A stretch of 64,000 nucleotides of DNA from Amoebophrya sp. A120. Taxonomy: Eukaryota > Protista > Dinoflagellata. The notes under the pieces are model-generated. The model searched no databases. It was not told the DNA's origin and saw only the letters and a program-made list of their open reading frames with translations. This document shows positions 23,901 through 36,800 of this stretch, piece after piece (within the stretch, counting starts at the first letter, position 1; each line of letters starts with the position of its first letter). Made by a program: the position numbers and the translations under genes. Where the stretch lies: NCBI GenBank assembly GCA_905178155.1, contig CAJINV010000005.1, positions 1,731,772 to 1,795,771 on the forward strand, in the 5' to 3' direction.

Positions 23901-26900
23901 ATTTGTATTTCATACGTGACGGGTGTCAGATTCATGTTTCTGCACTTCGACGCACAGGCAAAAATCAGAAACTCCTCTGCCTTTGTAGTTCCTGGCGGGC
24001 ATGATCAAGAACCACAGTGAGTAGTTGTGCGCAACAACGGTTAAAAAAAAGCTCTCTGAGAGCAAAGATTGATCTTCGAGTACTGTGGCCTCTTCAGCGA
24101 GATCAAAAATGGGCTGAGGTGCTCCTTTTCTGTGACCCGGGTCACAATGTCCATCAACTGCCGAAACCAATCGATTATCATGGATTCGTATCCAACAGAA
24201 AAGCATTGCGGGTGTAAGTAGGTGACTCTGTGATGCGCAACATGCAAGATATGATTGCGTCTGCCATGCTGGTCGTGCGTCGTAGGGTCCATTCAAGCGC
24301 GTTTGCACGTCCTTCTATCTGCGAATGACAGTTATTTTTTCCTGTCATGCCAGACAGATTTGTTATACCGAAACAGTTGATACACCTACAATCTTTTTTT
24401 CTTGAATAATTCGTCCATCATTTGTTGGTTGTCCACGTTTTGCGCCCGACTCGTGCTGTCAAAGGACATATCCTGCAAGCTATCCGCCGGATTCCCACTG
24501 GCCCCTAAGGGCGTCGACGCGGTGAAAGGGTCCATTTCGTCTGCGTACACAATGCACTCAAAGAGGGCGCGCTTGACCACCGCCCGGATTTTCGGTATGA
24601 TTTGTTCCGTAAGAAACTTTGGGGTGTCCAGCGCCATTTGCAGGTTTTTCAGGTTGTATTCTGTTCGTAGAATTTATTTCAGGACACAATTATCTTTTTT
24701 ATCTCATCCTTCACCTTCGCCTTGTTCCGAACTTCGCATCACAAAATTCAAACTCAGTTGTGCGATAGTGAGTTTTCATGTAGCGTCGACAGATGAAAAA
24801 CAGACTTTTTTTGTCGTGCGTACAAGAAAGAGAAAGTGTGTTCAGCACGTCCACGTTCATGTTCAAGTATTCTCCATATAAAATTCTCGTACCTGTTTTG
24901 TCCCCACTCGCTTTCTCCCCCTTGATTATCCTTTGAATCTTCGCCCGCCACCCGTCGTGAAAGTATTTCTTTTCCCAATCCGCATCTGATTCGTCCAGTA
25001 GCGTTTGCTTCTTCCACAAATACTGCGGTCCCTGCTCCTGCAGCAGTGCAAACGGGCCGCTATCCTGTGCAAAAGCATCGCATTCGTATAAATGCATTAC
25101 AAATTTTCTCAGCACGAGAAATAAAATAAAAAATTGTAATGCGGATTTACCTCAAGAAAAAGATTGGTAATCGATGATTGCAATACGAGTACGATACTTT
25201 TGCACAGGATAGCCGCCCTCGTGCATCAATTTTGACACCACATTGTTGAACTGGATGATTAGTTCATATTGTATCGCGTTCTCGGACTTCGCAATCGAGG
25301 CCAGTCGTGACTGGAATTCCGATTCGTAACTGTTCCACTCCTGGGAGAACAAGTCCCGTGCCTTCGACTCGGAGAGCGATGCTTGGTGCGAGCTATCCGC
25401 CAGGTACTGGTTCAGGACGGAGGTGATATCACGTGCAAAAATGGTATCGTAGCCTTGCGTTGCTTGCCGGCTAAAGAAGCTCACCTGCAATCTTGCATGA
25501 CAAACCTTCGCTCCCACCTGATAATACGCATAACAAATTGATTGAACTTTTTTTCTTTACTCTTCTTGGAAGAATAGGTATTTCTTGTCGTGCAAACATT
25601 TCTTCGCCACAGTGAAGACCCGTAGAAGACGTAGTTCAACTACGATCTAAATTTCTGCAACCGGCATACGTAAAGTGCGTCCACATTTTGTGCATCGCCT
25701 GCTCGTCGGTTTTCTTTTTCAGGGATATGGCGTTCTCAACTGTTACACTCTCAACTGTTACATGGATTTGTCATGCATCATCTACACCCTCAAGCTGCTC
25801 TGCATGACAAATTCTGGAAGGGCCAAACAAGCTGACAATCTGTGCCAAATCTGTCATGCAAGACGCGCAATTTCCCCCCTTTCACTTTTCCCATTCTTGC
25901 ATCACAAATCCATGTAACAGTTGAGAATGTAACGTTTGAGAATACCATAAAGGAGAGCTTCCACGTGTAGAGGTAATTCTCGAACACCCAGTCCATGGCA
26001 TCGAAAGGAAAAATCCCCCCTCCCCATATCGAAAACGAAATTTGTGATGCTGTATTTGAGGCCACAAATCGACTTGTCATGCTAGAAGGCCAAGAGCCGC
26101 AGTCGTGGCCTCGTTAGCAGGCAATTTGTCATGCTTAACAGACTGCGCAACTAAAGCCCGGGGGGGTGCGGGGTCCGAGGGGTGCACTGAGCACTGCCCG
26201 GAACACCCGAACATGCCCCGCGACTGGCACAGGACCAGCAACACAACTATTATCGTCGATCTCAGTTTGTCGATCACAACGTAGCTGCGAAGCCGTCCAT
26301 TCGCCTGGCGCCCCAAGCCCAACCCCACCTCTGAGGAAAGGCCACAACCCGAGAGGATCCGCTGCTGAGCTTAGGGCACGACGAGCTGGGAGCGCCTGAT
26401 TCTGGAAAGGTAGATACTTGAAGCTAATCGCCACTGCAAAGCTGGAACTGGCTGGTGGACGCCGGATTGCGGGGAACTGACGGATTACTACTCAGCAGGA
26501 CGCCAACAAATGAGACGGGGTCGTGGAAGTCCAGCAGCACGCGAGACCCGCGGGTGTGTTGGGCGTAGCTGGAGGAAAACCACGGATGAGATCCCGACTG
26601 CGTGAAGTTGGGGCATGAGGAGCAGCAGCGGGACACTAATGAAACAGGACTAGACAGCTGGGCAGGACTGCTTCTCGCAGAACGAGGGAGACGGTGATCG
26701 GGAATCCTGATAGACGGAAGAGCTGATGGCTATGCAGAGAAGAACCGCCGCAATTTGTCATGCTGTTTCCCACTCTCAGATGCCTCCTATCATGCTGAAG
26801 ATGTAAGGCTTCCCCACGCCACCCAGCACTACAGTCCTCATCTTTTCCCGTGTAGCATGACAAAGCTGATTTGTGACAACAAATCTGCATCACAGATTTC

Positions 26901-29900
26901 CGTTTTGATATGGGGGGGGATTTTTCCTTTTGATACATGGGCGTGCCCAGCTTTTTCCGTGCTTCCTCCTTCATGGTTTCGTGGAACCGGGGGTCCAGGT
27001 TCGCCTTCTGGTTGAATAAAACCATCGACTTCTGCACGAAGTCGTCCCGGAGGGAGGTTAAAGCGCGGTGGAATTCCAGGTCGATCATGTCGGTTGAGAG
27101 AGATTCGTCGGACTTGATCGTGTCTTGCAGCCGCTTGATGAAGCCGTTGGTCGTGGTCTGACACTGGGCCCGGAACCCGTCGTTGTCTTCCTCCATAATC
27201 AACTGCGTCGTCTGCTTCGCCAGTTCGTACAGATCCTTCCTCGCCTCGATCTCCTGGATCGTCTTGTAATGCAACAAGTTGTGCCCAAACCGGACCAAGG
27301 TGTCCCACACGTGGCAGGTGTGGCTGTACCACTGCTCGAGGTTCTCCCACACATTCTCCATATCCGGCGACTCAAACATCTCGAAAATGGAGGACCGCAG
27401 CGCAAGGACTTCCTGGGAGAAGAGTTCCGGCGTCCACTGTGTGGCGTTCTCAAATGTTACACTCTCAACTGTTACAGGATTTGTCATGCAAAATGAGCAT
27501 CAACATCCACACAATGAAGCTGCCTCGCATGACAAATATTGGAAGGGCTAAACAGCATGGGAATCTGTGCTGCCGAATTTGTAATGCAAGAGTTGCAAGA
27601 TGCGGCCTTTCCTTGTTGCCATTCTTGCATCACAAATTCATGTAACAGTTGAGAATGTAACAATTGAGAACGCCATACACTGGACCTCCACGTTGTGTTT
27701 CCGCACCGTGACGTAGGCGGAGGGCAGGAGGTACATCTATCCTGTGCAAAAGCATCGTGCTCGTACTAATTGCAGTTATGCATGACGAATTTCCTCTCCA
27801 GGGTAAAACAGCATGACAAATTCAATTTTTCATGCTGAGAAAATTTGGAATGCAATTTGTATTAGTACGATGCTTTTGCAATGCACAACACCGCCGTGTC
27901 GTCGATTTTGATCAAGTCGTCCAGCGCGATGCCCAACTTCCCGGCGGACTCATGCAGGTGGTTTTTCATCGTGGCCAGCATCTGCCGGTGCACCTCCACG
28001 GACCGGTCCTGCTGGTCGCGCAACACAAACCCGATCTTCGGCCGGTTCTTGTTGATCTTCAGGTGCCGCATCGCAAAGAGACAGATCTCGATCAGGTCCT
28101 GCAATTGCCGGGAGAGCTCCCCCTTGTGGTTGATCAGGACGACATGCGAGCAGTTGAGACACATCAGCGTCATTTGCCCGTCAAAGATGTCCCCGCGGGA
28201 AGAATCGGAGACCCCGAGCAAACCCTCGGAATCCAACACGAGTATTGCGTACTCCTGGTTTTTAGACGCCGAGCTACTTCCTGCTGCATTCGATTTGTTG
28301 GTGAAAAAGACGCTCGCGTACAGCCCACACGTGCATCTCCCGGCGGAAACGGCGAACTCAGACCCGAACAGGAAGTTCATGAGCGTGGATTTTGCGGAAC
28401 TCTGCGCGCCGATGACGGAGATGACGCGGAGTTTCCTTTTGCTCGTCGGCGACAGAAGTTCCTCTTGGTCCAAATCCCGCAACACGTTCGCCAAAAACGC
28501 CTGGCTAGAGATGGCCAGCGGGTTGCCGGCGAGCAGCTGCATGGGGGCGCCGCGACGGGTGACCAGGTCGCCGTAGGCGAGTCGCGCCTTCTCCAGTTGC
28601 GTCCTGTTATTGTTGTTGTTGAGCAGGACTGTTTATTTTTCAGGTCTAGTAGTTCGACTTTCTGATCATGCATGGAGCGCCTCACAACAAGAAGTACTAT
28701 CGCACAAGAATGCCTAGTAGTACACTGCATCATGACAACGAAGATCATGAATTATCTGTAAGCAAATCTTGAAGTACCCGCACATACAGAACGCGGGGCA
28801 AAGGGGCAAGCGCGGCGCGCAACAGAGGCAACATGCGCAGAACTCGCATGCTGGGTGTGGTAGTTGCTTGGGCATCTTCCACCCGGTGGGCGTTGGTGGG
28901 CGAAGTAGAAAGAGCTACAAAATAGAAGTCGGCGCACCTTTTGTAATGCGGCAAAAGCACGATCGGTGTGGGGCGCGTGTAAACATGCCGCGCACGCGGA
29001 AAACATATCAACCAAATGCAGTCCAAGTAGAACTGTCATCATTCATGTGCGTGGGATATGAATACTTAAATCCAATTTATATATACCATATTGCCGGCTG
29101 CTTTTTCGCATTCCCGGGATATCCCAAGTCGATTGCGCATTGGTAGAACATCTGTATCTCATTCCAGAACGATTCCATACCCGTAAAATCCTCGGACCCC
29201 GCTTCTAGCCTCGCCGCAAACGTTTTTATCCTGTCTATTACAGTGAAAAGTGCCCCCCACACCCAAAGTTGCAAAAATTTGTGATGCGAAGTTTCCAAAT
29301 GAAAACTTTTTGTCATGCATGAAAGGAGTATGAATCTCTCTGATGCAGAGTCTAGTCGTGTTTCGCATCGCTTGCATGACAAGCACCGCTCTTGCTGGGA
29401 TCTTTTGCAATAAAAATTTTTGCTATTCGCGATCGGGAATCTGTGATGCTGATACATGCAAGAGGGCGAATGTATCATTTGGAAAGGTTTGCAATACAAA
29501 TTCTTTCAAGTTCGGGGGTGGGGGCATTTTTCATTGTAATACTGTCCACTTGTGCTTTTGACACGATGGCTTTCGCCAGTTTCGTGTTATGAACTGCAAA
29601 AGTATCGTACTCGTATTGCAGTCATGCATTAGAAATCTTCTTTTTAAGGTAAATCCACATTTTATTTCTCATGCTGGGGAAATTTGTAATGCATTTTTAT
29701 ACGAGTACGATAGTTTTGCGGTTCATACGTGTTCTTCACCAACAATCTGCCAATTTTCTGGTCGTCTTTGGCTAGGAGCAGCTTTTCCAGAAAGAACAAC
29801 GTGAGGTGGTCCAACCCCTTCAGGAAGTACTTCTCTCGGTTTTTCTGCAGCGTGCTGCTTTTGTCCGCGAGTTTCTGCGCAAGTTCGATGTGCTCTTGCA

Positions 29901-32657
29901 TCTCGCTGGACTTCTGCCAGGACAGGTTCCGCTCCTGTTCTTCTGCCAGTTTCAGCTTTTCCAGGATCTCCTGCATGCCAAATTGCGGCTTTATCTTCGC
30001 GACGGAGTTCTGCATCTCCTGTCGCAGCTGCAGCTCGAAAATTTGCTGGCTCTCCTCGAACTTCGCCTGCAGATCTAAGTGCGACGTATCATATGCAAAA
30101 GTGTCTGGGTCTGGAAAGTTGCAACTTGTCATGCTAAATCTGAATCATGCAAAAAATGTGTGCTGCATAATTTTGATTACCAACAGCCGTCCCTTTTATA
30201 CCAAGTCGAGAGGGAATTTCTCAGGCAGGATAGGCATGATAGACATCTCACAAAATTTGTCATGCTAGGTGCTGCACTCCAGACCTCATGGGCCATAGAA
30301 AACCTGCATGACAAATCTGGCATCCTTCCAGACCCAGACATTTTTACATTTGATACGACGGGATGTCCGGCCACTTCTTTTCCACAAACGCCGCGGTGTG
30401 CATATGGATCGTAAAAATGTCTGGGTCTGGAAGAATTCATGTTTGTCATGCTTGTCTGGCATGACTCTTAAACCTGTCATGCACGTTACCCAAGAGCTCC
30501 GTTTTTCTGTGACGCAGAAGCGCAGTTTGTCATGCAGAATAGGCAACACCTAGGAGCTCAGAAACTTGTCATGCTGAGCCAGCATTTGTAGCCTCATCAT
30601 GAGACGCCACCCAGCATCACAAGTTTCCAGACCCAAACATTTTTACATTTGATAGTGCAGAGCCTGCGCCAACTCCTGACGGAACTGCTTCACGACGGCG
30701 TTCGCCTTCGCTTGCGATCGGAAGTTACTCATGTTCTCCAGCAGGATCACCGTTGCTGGGCCGGCCTGTGCAGCAGCCGCACTTGTGCCATTTTTTCCGC
30801 CTCCTGCTTTAGTTCCGTTCGGATTTGAGGAAGAGCTGGAGCCGCCGCCTTGCTGCAGTAATTTCGGATTCTTTTTCAGCACTTTCTGCAGAAGCGGATT
30901 CTGCGTTGCCGGGTCAAAATCCCGCCAAACGACCACGCTGGCCTTCGGCAGACTGGATATCAACAGCGGCGCCAAAACCTCCCCCGTCTCCGGGTCAAAG
31001 TCGTTCGCGTCCACGTGCAAGCAGAGTAACGCCTTGTCCACCAACGTGTCGACGACGGCGGAAAAGTCCGGGCTGTCTACCACCCCCCTTGACGCCTGTG
31101 CGACGCTTCCGCGGAACTCCTGCAATTTTTGCTTTCGCAGCTCCGCGGCCTGTTTCCTTTCCGCCTCCGTCTGCTCGGTTGCAGAAGTTGCTGGTGCACC
31201 AGCAGTTTCGGTGCTGACATCGTTCACAAAGCTACTCACGTCGTACACCAATCGCGCGTCCTGGTGCGAGTGCACGTCCGCAATCCAGAGGTCCAGTCCT
31301 GGGACCAGACTGCTGCACGCCGCCAGGTCGATGCTACCTCGGTGCACAAGGGACCCTTTGGTCAAGTCATCGGACGCGACCAGCATGCCGGAGTGGGCGT
31401 TGGTTTGCGAAATCAAGGACGCATTGGTCAGTTCTGCCTGCTGTAACAACTGCGTCTTCCCGACCGCAGTGCCGTGCCAAACCAGTAACTTTGGTTTCGC
31501 GGTTTTGTTCTGCTCCTTCGTTTTCACTACTTTCGCCGTTTGCAGGTAAAGCATGGAGTCCCAGTTTACCAAGGTCGCGTTAAACAGCGGTCGCTTCGGC
31601 GGGAGAGCTGGACCGTCCGCCGAAACGGGCTCGATCGCTAGTTGCTGCTGCTCCACGATTTTTGTCTTCGTCGAAAGGCTGGTCAGCTGGGTTAAGGTGG
31701 TTTTCTGGTGCGCGGCAACCGGCCAGCAGAGCGGCACGATGCTGTTGCCCTGGCAAAGCAGCGCGATCAAATGCCCCAGCTCGTCCGGTGGAGAGCCGAG
31801 GAGGAGACCGATCACGATGTCCTTCGGGGTGATGTCTTGGCAAAACCTTGTGTATTTTCTTGTAGTAGTGTTGGGTACGATAGTGATCTGATGGGATACG
31901 GCGATTGGAAAATGCATGACCAAGGTGAAAGTGCATGATCCCCTGCTTACCGCTGATTTCGATTTTCTGGTTGTAGTAAGTCTAACATGATCATGTGAAA
32001 AACATATACTCCGGCAGTGCCCCTTCCTCTGCTGCCTGCGCGAACAGATCCACAAGATGCGAGAGGGAATGCTTGCGCAGCAGGCTGTCGCACACGAACT
32101 GCCGCAGGTCGCTTTCGGGTGCGAACAGCGCGACTTTGCTCCCGTCCGCGCGGCTGCCGTTTGCGCGTCGTCGGTAGGCCTCGAGTTGCCGTATACCCTC
32201 GACATCCAGCTCGGAAAGGGAGATTAGGGAGGGGGTGCTGTGAAATGAAATGTAGATTCGTTTGTGCATTTGATGTCGATCATGTCATACAACTTATGAT
32301 CATGCCTATCAACTGAGGCGCATCTGAAATATTGTGTTTCCGTACTAGTTTACTCTGCTCGTCCTGCAGTGCAACTTCTATTGCAAACGACCGACCCGCA
32401 AGATTTTTGGTTATTTATCAGCGCACAACATGTGGGCATCACTAGCAGTTTCCGTACCCCTTCGTCGGCAGAGCCTCCGGGTCGAGCGAGAACAACTCGG
32501 AAAATTGCGCCACGGTCTCGAGCTGTTGCCGGAAATCCGCATCTTGCTTCCGCTGCATGTCCTTGAGCTTACTAACGTGAGCGGCCTGCGCCTTCTGGAT
32601 CTCCGGGCTGCCCGCATTCCGCCTCTTCCCCCCACCAAAAAGCCCAAAGCAAACCAT
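20951..32657 (-). CDS. Very large inducible GTPase (GVIN/VLIG/URGCP-like), about 20 exons; 5' end uncertain
   Basis: VISVIGAQSSAKSTLMNFLFG..FAVSAGRCTCG..LVLDSEGL..FD..SHVVLINHKGE (27890-28540) and C-terminal GCSARCPLCGSKC..H..H.C.HH.FPAFHGW (21570-21700), both characteristic of this family. Confidence 0.88.
23208..23534. mobile_element. Introner delta-2
   Basis: TIR tatcaaagtgaaaaaagccccc / gggggcatttttcattgtaata; TSD TGATG. Confidence 0.92.
23598..23747. mobile_element. Introner alpha, 150 bp
   Basis: TIR tatgcattgcaaaagcatcg / cgatacttttgcaatgcata; TSD GGCCT. Confidence 0.92.
25061..25211. mobile_element. Introner alpha, 151 bp
   Basis: TIR tatcctgtgcaaaagcatcg / cgatacttttgcacaggata; TSD GCCGC. 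Confidence 0.92.
25726..25949. mobile_element. Introner beta
   Basis: TIR tatggcgttctcaa..ctcaactgttac / gtaacagttgag..tgagaataccata; flanks AGGGA/AAGGA. Confidence 0.9.
25999..26935. mobile_element. Introner delta-2 expanded by a nested insertion
   Basis: TIR catcgaaaggaaaaatcccccc / gggggatttttccttttgata; TSD CATGG; colinear with 23208-23534 except for the insert. Confidence 0.92.
26136..26749. mobile_element. 614-bp insertion with 15-bp TSD (SINE or truncated LINE-like)
   Basis: gcaatttgtcatgct at 26121-26135 and 26750-26764; the motif is single-copy in the sister introner (about 23340). Confidence 0.85.
27440..27677. mobile_element. Introner beta
   Basis: TIR tgtggcgttctcaa / ttgagaacgccata; TSD CACTG. 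Confidence 0.92.
27738..27887. mobile_element. Introner alpha, 150 bp
   Basis: TIR tatcctgtgcaaaagcatcgt / acgatgcttttgcaatgcaca; flanks ACATC/ACACC. Confidence 0.85.
29236..29541. mobile_element. Introner delta-1, 306 bp
   Basis: Sister of 2678-2982; TSD CTGTC. Confidence 0.95.
29588..29727. mobile_element. Introner alpha
   Basis: TIR tatgaactgcaaaagtatcgtactcgta / tacgagtacgatagttttgcggttcata; TSD CGTGT. Confidence 0.92.
30087..30355. mobile_element. Introner gamma
   Basis: TSD CGACG; frame restored (..WPDIPS-HLDLQAK). Confidence 0.92.
30403..30654. mobile_element. Introner gamma
   Basis: TSD GTGCA; frame restored (..AQALH-TAAFVEKKW). Confidence 0.92.
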
Positions 32658-33804
32658 CCTCCTGCTTTTGGGTTGTTTCGTCCCTACTCGAAATCCAGCG
32701 TGGCCGTGGCACCGAGTTGTACTACGGGACGAACTAAGGTTCCTGTAGTTCGGGCGATGTCAAGTAGAACAACCAGCGGGCCGGGGTAGCTCACTTCACC
32801 TAGGAGTGCGGCTATGGGGGCAGAGTGAATTTTGTTTCATCAACAAAAACTACTACGTCATGGTGAGTGACATTTTGCTCCTCTTCGGTGCTGGCGGCAC
32901 CAACGAAGATCTACTACCTTAAGCTTTATCATTTCTTGTCCCACATTTTCGTTCTACATGCGCATTCCCCATCATCACGACTATCGCTAGTGCCATACTT
33001 CCAGTTACATTTTTGCGTGGTGGAGAAAAATTTCTCACATGTTGTTCGTTCCACATTTGATATTGAATCTCGTCCAATAGTACGGAAGTTGCACAAGAAC
33101 TTCGCCGTGCTTCGCATCAAGCTGTATTTTGAAACGAAGCTCCTGCACCTCAACACGTGGCGGACGAAACACAGGGACACCAGACAAGAACGCACCAGGA
33201 ATTCATCACTTTACAAAGAAAAATGGAGAGCTTCTACACCATGATTTTTGCGTTTTCAACTCCGTCGTCGAGCGGTAGGAAAGATTACCAGGCAACTCAG
33301 GGAAAACTACGATCAGTTGAGGATACTAGCACAACCACGAGGTCGTCATGCCGCAGGCGAACGTTCTTACGACATTAGAACGAACAGAGTAAAAACTTTC
33401 ATCAGCGCCCATTTTTGCCGACAACTACAGAAGCTGCGCCACCAGCTGCACGGGAGGCAGCGGGGCTTTGAAGAAAAGTTTGGGTCATTTCTTCTCGCCT
33501 GTTGTACGTTGCAGTTCCTCTTCCTTTGCTTGATGATGATATCGACTCGACTTTATTGTACTACAACGAAGCTGCACAAGAACCTCGTCCGTTGTTCCAC
33601 CAAGTAGATTGAACGGAATCTTTTCATCAAGAAATTGTGCGTCGTACACGACAATTTATTGCTTTATGTTTGATGCTGAATCATTCTTTCCGCTTCACGG
33701 TTTCTGTTCCGCTTCCGCCCGCTCCGCCAGGAGCAGGTTGACACACGTTGAGCATATAGTTAGATCATATACCCCTCGACTAAGTAACAAGAAGCAGCTC
33801 GTCC

Positions 33805-36800
33805 CTAATCTAAATCTGCCATGTTAACCACGGTCGTCCCGGATGATGCTGATCCCGCACTCGTGCCGCCCGCTTTTGCTGCGTCGATCACACAGTTTTT
33901 GAAGGTTTGCTCGCTTCCAAAGTGCACGAAATCTGGCAAGGAAAACTCGATTTCCTTGGCCCGCTGCTCGCTCGGAACGTCGGGCATTTTCACCAACCGT
34001 TCGCCTCTGAACATCTTCAGCTATCCAGGAAAAAACTACACCCATTCGATTCCCAACATCCATCTTTTGCATGACAAGCACAGAAGTTTATGCATGTTTT
34101 GCATGACAAATTGGATGGGGATGGGTTTTTTTTTCTGGATATCAACCCGAGCTTTTCCATGGCTTCCTTCATTCTGTTGCGGTATCCCAGCTTCACTTTC
34201 GCGTCAAAATGCACCTGGTACTTAAAGGTCTCGCAGGTGACGACGCAGCCGGGTTTCAGTGATTTGGTGAAGGAAAATGTTGTTCCTTTCGTCGTTTTCT
34301 CCACCAGGCCCGAGGCTTCCAGGAGCGGCAAAACCGCCATGTTGCCGAAAAATACACGGTCGAAAGCCTGGTTTATTTATGCAGGGTGAAGATCATGGAA
34401 GTTTTCTACTTCGAGAAAAAAATGAGCTGGCGCTGCCCATCTATGCGCCGCATGACATTTTTGCTGCACACTAAAGAACGAATGTGATGATGAACCGAAG
34501 ACTATCATCATGGTGCGGAATGAGCAAGAGGAAAAATTCTGAAGATGACAGAGCTATTCATGATACTTAAGTAAGTACCGCTTCAAATTTCGTCTTCCGC
34601 AGGGATTCCTCCAAGTTTCCCGTGAGCAACACAAGCTTCACACCCTCCATGGCGGGCAACCGTTTCTTCTTTTTCCAAGAATTCTCCTCGTCCTCCAGTT
34701 TCTTCAGCGCGTTCCCATCCTCGTCCACCTCTTCAATCACGCAGTTCTGGTTCCGCAGCGCGTCGACCGGGGTGGCGTAGGGGAAAATGTTTTCCTCCGG
34801 TTTTTCGGGCGGCAAATTGAACTCCTGGTAGTCTTGCATCTCCCGGATCCACGCCTCCAAATTAAACTCCGCCACGTCCATATCCACGAAAAAAATGTGT
34901 AAGTCACTGTAAGTCGTGCAGCATCAATGAACGAATTCGTTTTATTGCCTTTATACAAAAATAACATCAACATGCGAATCTAGTACGTGAAAAGACGTAT
35001 CATGTTGAAACTACGCCATGACGCACTTCCAGCAGCATGACAAGTGTGTGTCTTCCATCGTCCGCAACACAGACGTACACTTACACAGTTTTTTTCTTGC
35101 ATAGTCGACCGCAGTGTTGCGGTGCTGCTCCTGCGCTTTTTTAAACAGCCGGCTCTTGTCGTTCCCGTTGTGGGTGTATCCAGTGCAAAAATATCTTAGT
35201 AGTGGTGATTGCAAGTAATAATGCATATCCAACTTCTTATAAATACGCCAAATAGCATTACCATTTCTCATGCTGAGAAAATCTGTGAATGCAATTTCTA
35301 CTACGATACGTTTGCAGAGGATAGGGTGTCCACACCGAATGTGAAGTACGGGGAGTTGATGATGTCAGCCATCCAATACAAAAGTACTTATTGTTCGTCA
35401 TTGCAATCGTACATGAAAAATGTCCTTCGCCTTCCCACTCCTAAACTAACACTAAATCGGAATTACAAACTGCATAAAGTGGGCGCATTCTGGGCAAGTT
35501 TGTGATGCAATTAAGCGCCGCTAGTACGATAATACTTTTGCGATGCATATCGGCCCAGAACCTGTGATATGGATTCTCAATTGCAATCAGGTGAAACCAA
35601 ACGTGAGCATGGCATCAATAACAATACGAACTGGTAAACACTACATGAAAACAAGAACGCTCCTTCTACTTCTACCTCTACGAGAAATTTACTGATATAG
35701 GAGCACCGTCGAGCTAAATAAACTACCCGCGCACGAGCACGCTGGTTCCTTTTTCGCGTGACTTGCCGTCGATGTAGCTGGCCAGTGAGCGGTTGGGCAC
35801 GGTGTAGGACCCAAGCCGGGACTCGAAGGCGACGCCGGTGTGACAGAAATCCCGGTAGTGGTATGAACTGCAAAAGTATCGCACTCGTATAAATAAATGC
35901 ATTGAGCATGAGAAATAAAATCTGTAATGCTGATTTACGTTGGGAAAAAGATTTGTAATGCATGATTGCAATACGAGTAGCGATACTTTTGCACTGCATA
36001 AGTGGTACCAGTGGACAATACTTGCAACAGGTTTTATGTTCAACTGATAATCGTGGTCCATCAGGTTCTTCCGGTGCTCGTACCGCGCGCGGTAGTACCC
36101 TTAGAGTTGTATATTAGGAAGGAATGGCTTCGTATTTTTCCGTGAAAGAGGAGCAGGAGCAAGACAGAAATCGATACCAGCCGCAAATCGATTATGAACT
36201 ACACAAACGCAAACCAAAGTAAGTGTGCGTATAATATTAATGAGTACCAGAATAAAATCACGATGGATATGATTACCGATCATAGCTTAATTACCACGCA
36301 TCCTGTCGTCCCGCAGCTGTTCGACATCAAAGGGAACGTCCGCTTTCCAGCCCCGAATCACGTTCTCTAACTCGTCTCGCTTCTTTATCCACAGCAAATC
36401 GAAATTTCCCGCACACTTAGGAATGTGGTTTCTGCATGACAAACCGTTCCGCATCCGCTCATTTTGTTCAGCATGACAAGTGGCATAATCTACTCAATTT
36501 GGCGAAATTTGTGATGCATTTTGTCCGTGCAAGTGTATGAGAAATTTGTATTGCATATCCTTGAAGCGCAAGCAACTGAAATCGAAAACGTCCGCCAGGA
36601 AGTCGTCTTTCGCCGTTTCAGAAGCGACGGCGAGCAACCGCTTCACCTGCTCGGAGAGGTACCTGAAAGGGGATGTCGCGCCAAGATGAAAAAAGTCGAG
36701 TTCCGAATTTTTATTCAACACATGCTAATTTTCTGATCTTGTAGGACAACCAAGACAACCAAGACAGACAACCTCTGTCATGCCGGAAATAATTGATGTT

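Noticed and set aside
2680-30553. Recurrent peptides in short ORFs (PDPDIF, GGGIFHC, VSGSG, SQLL)
   Set aside because: They are translations of introner TIRs, not a protein domain.
32700-33760. Exon-like fragments upstream of the GTPase (for example GAFLSGVPVFRPPRVEVQELRFKIQLDAKHGEV)
   Set aside because: Could be extra 5' exons or a small gene, but I could not build a consistent spliced frame.
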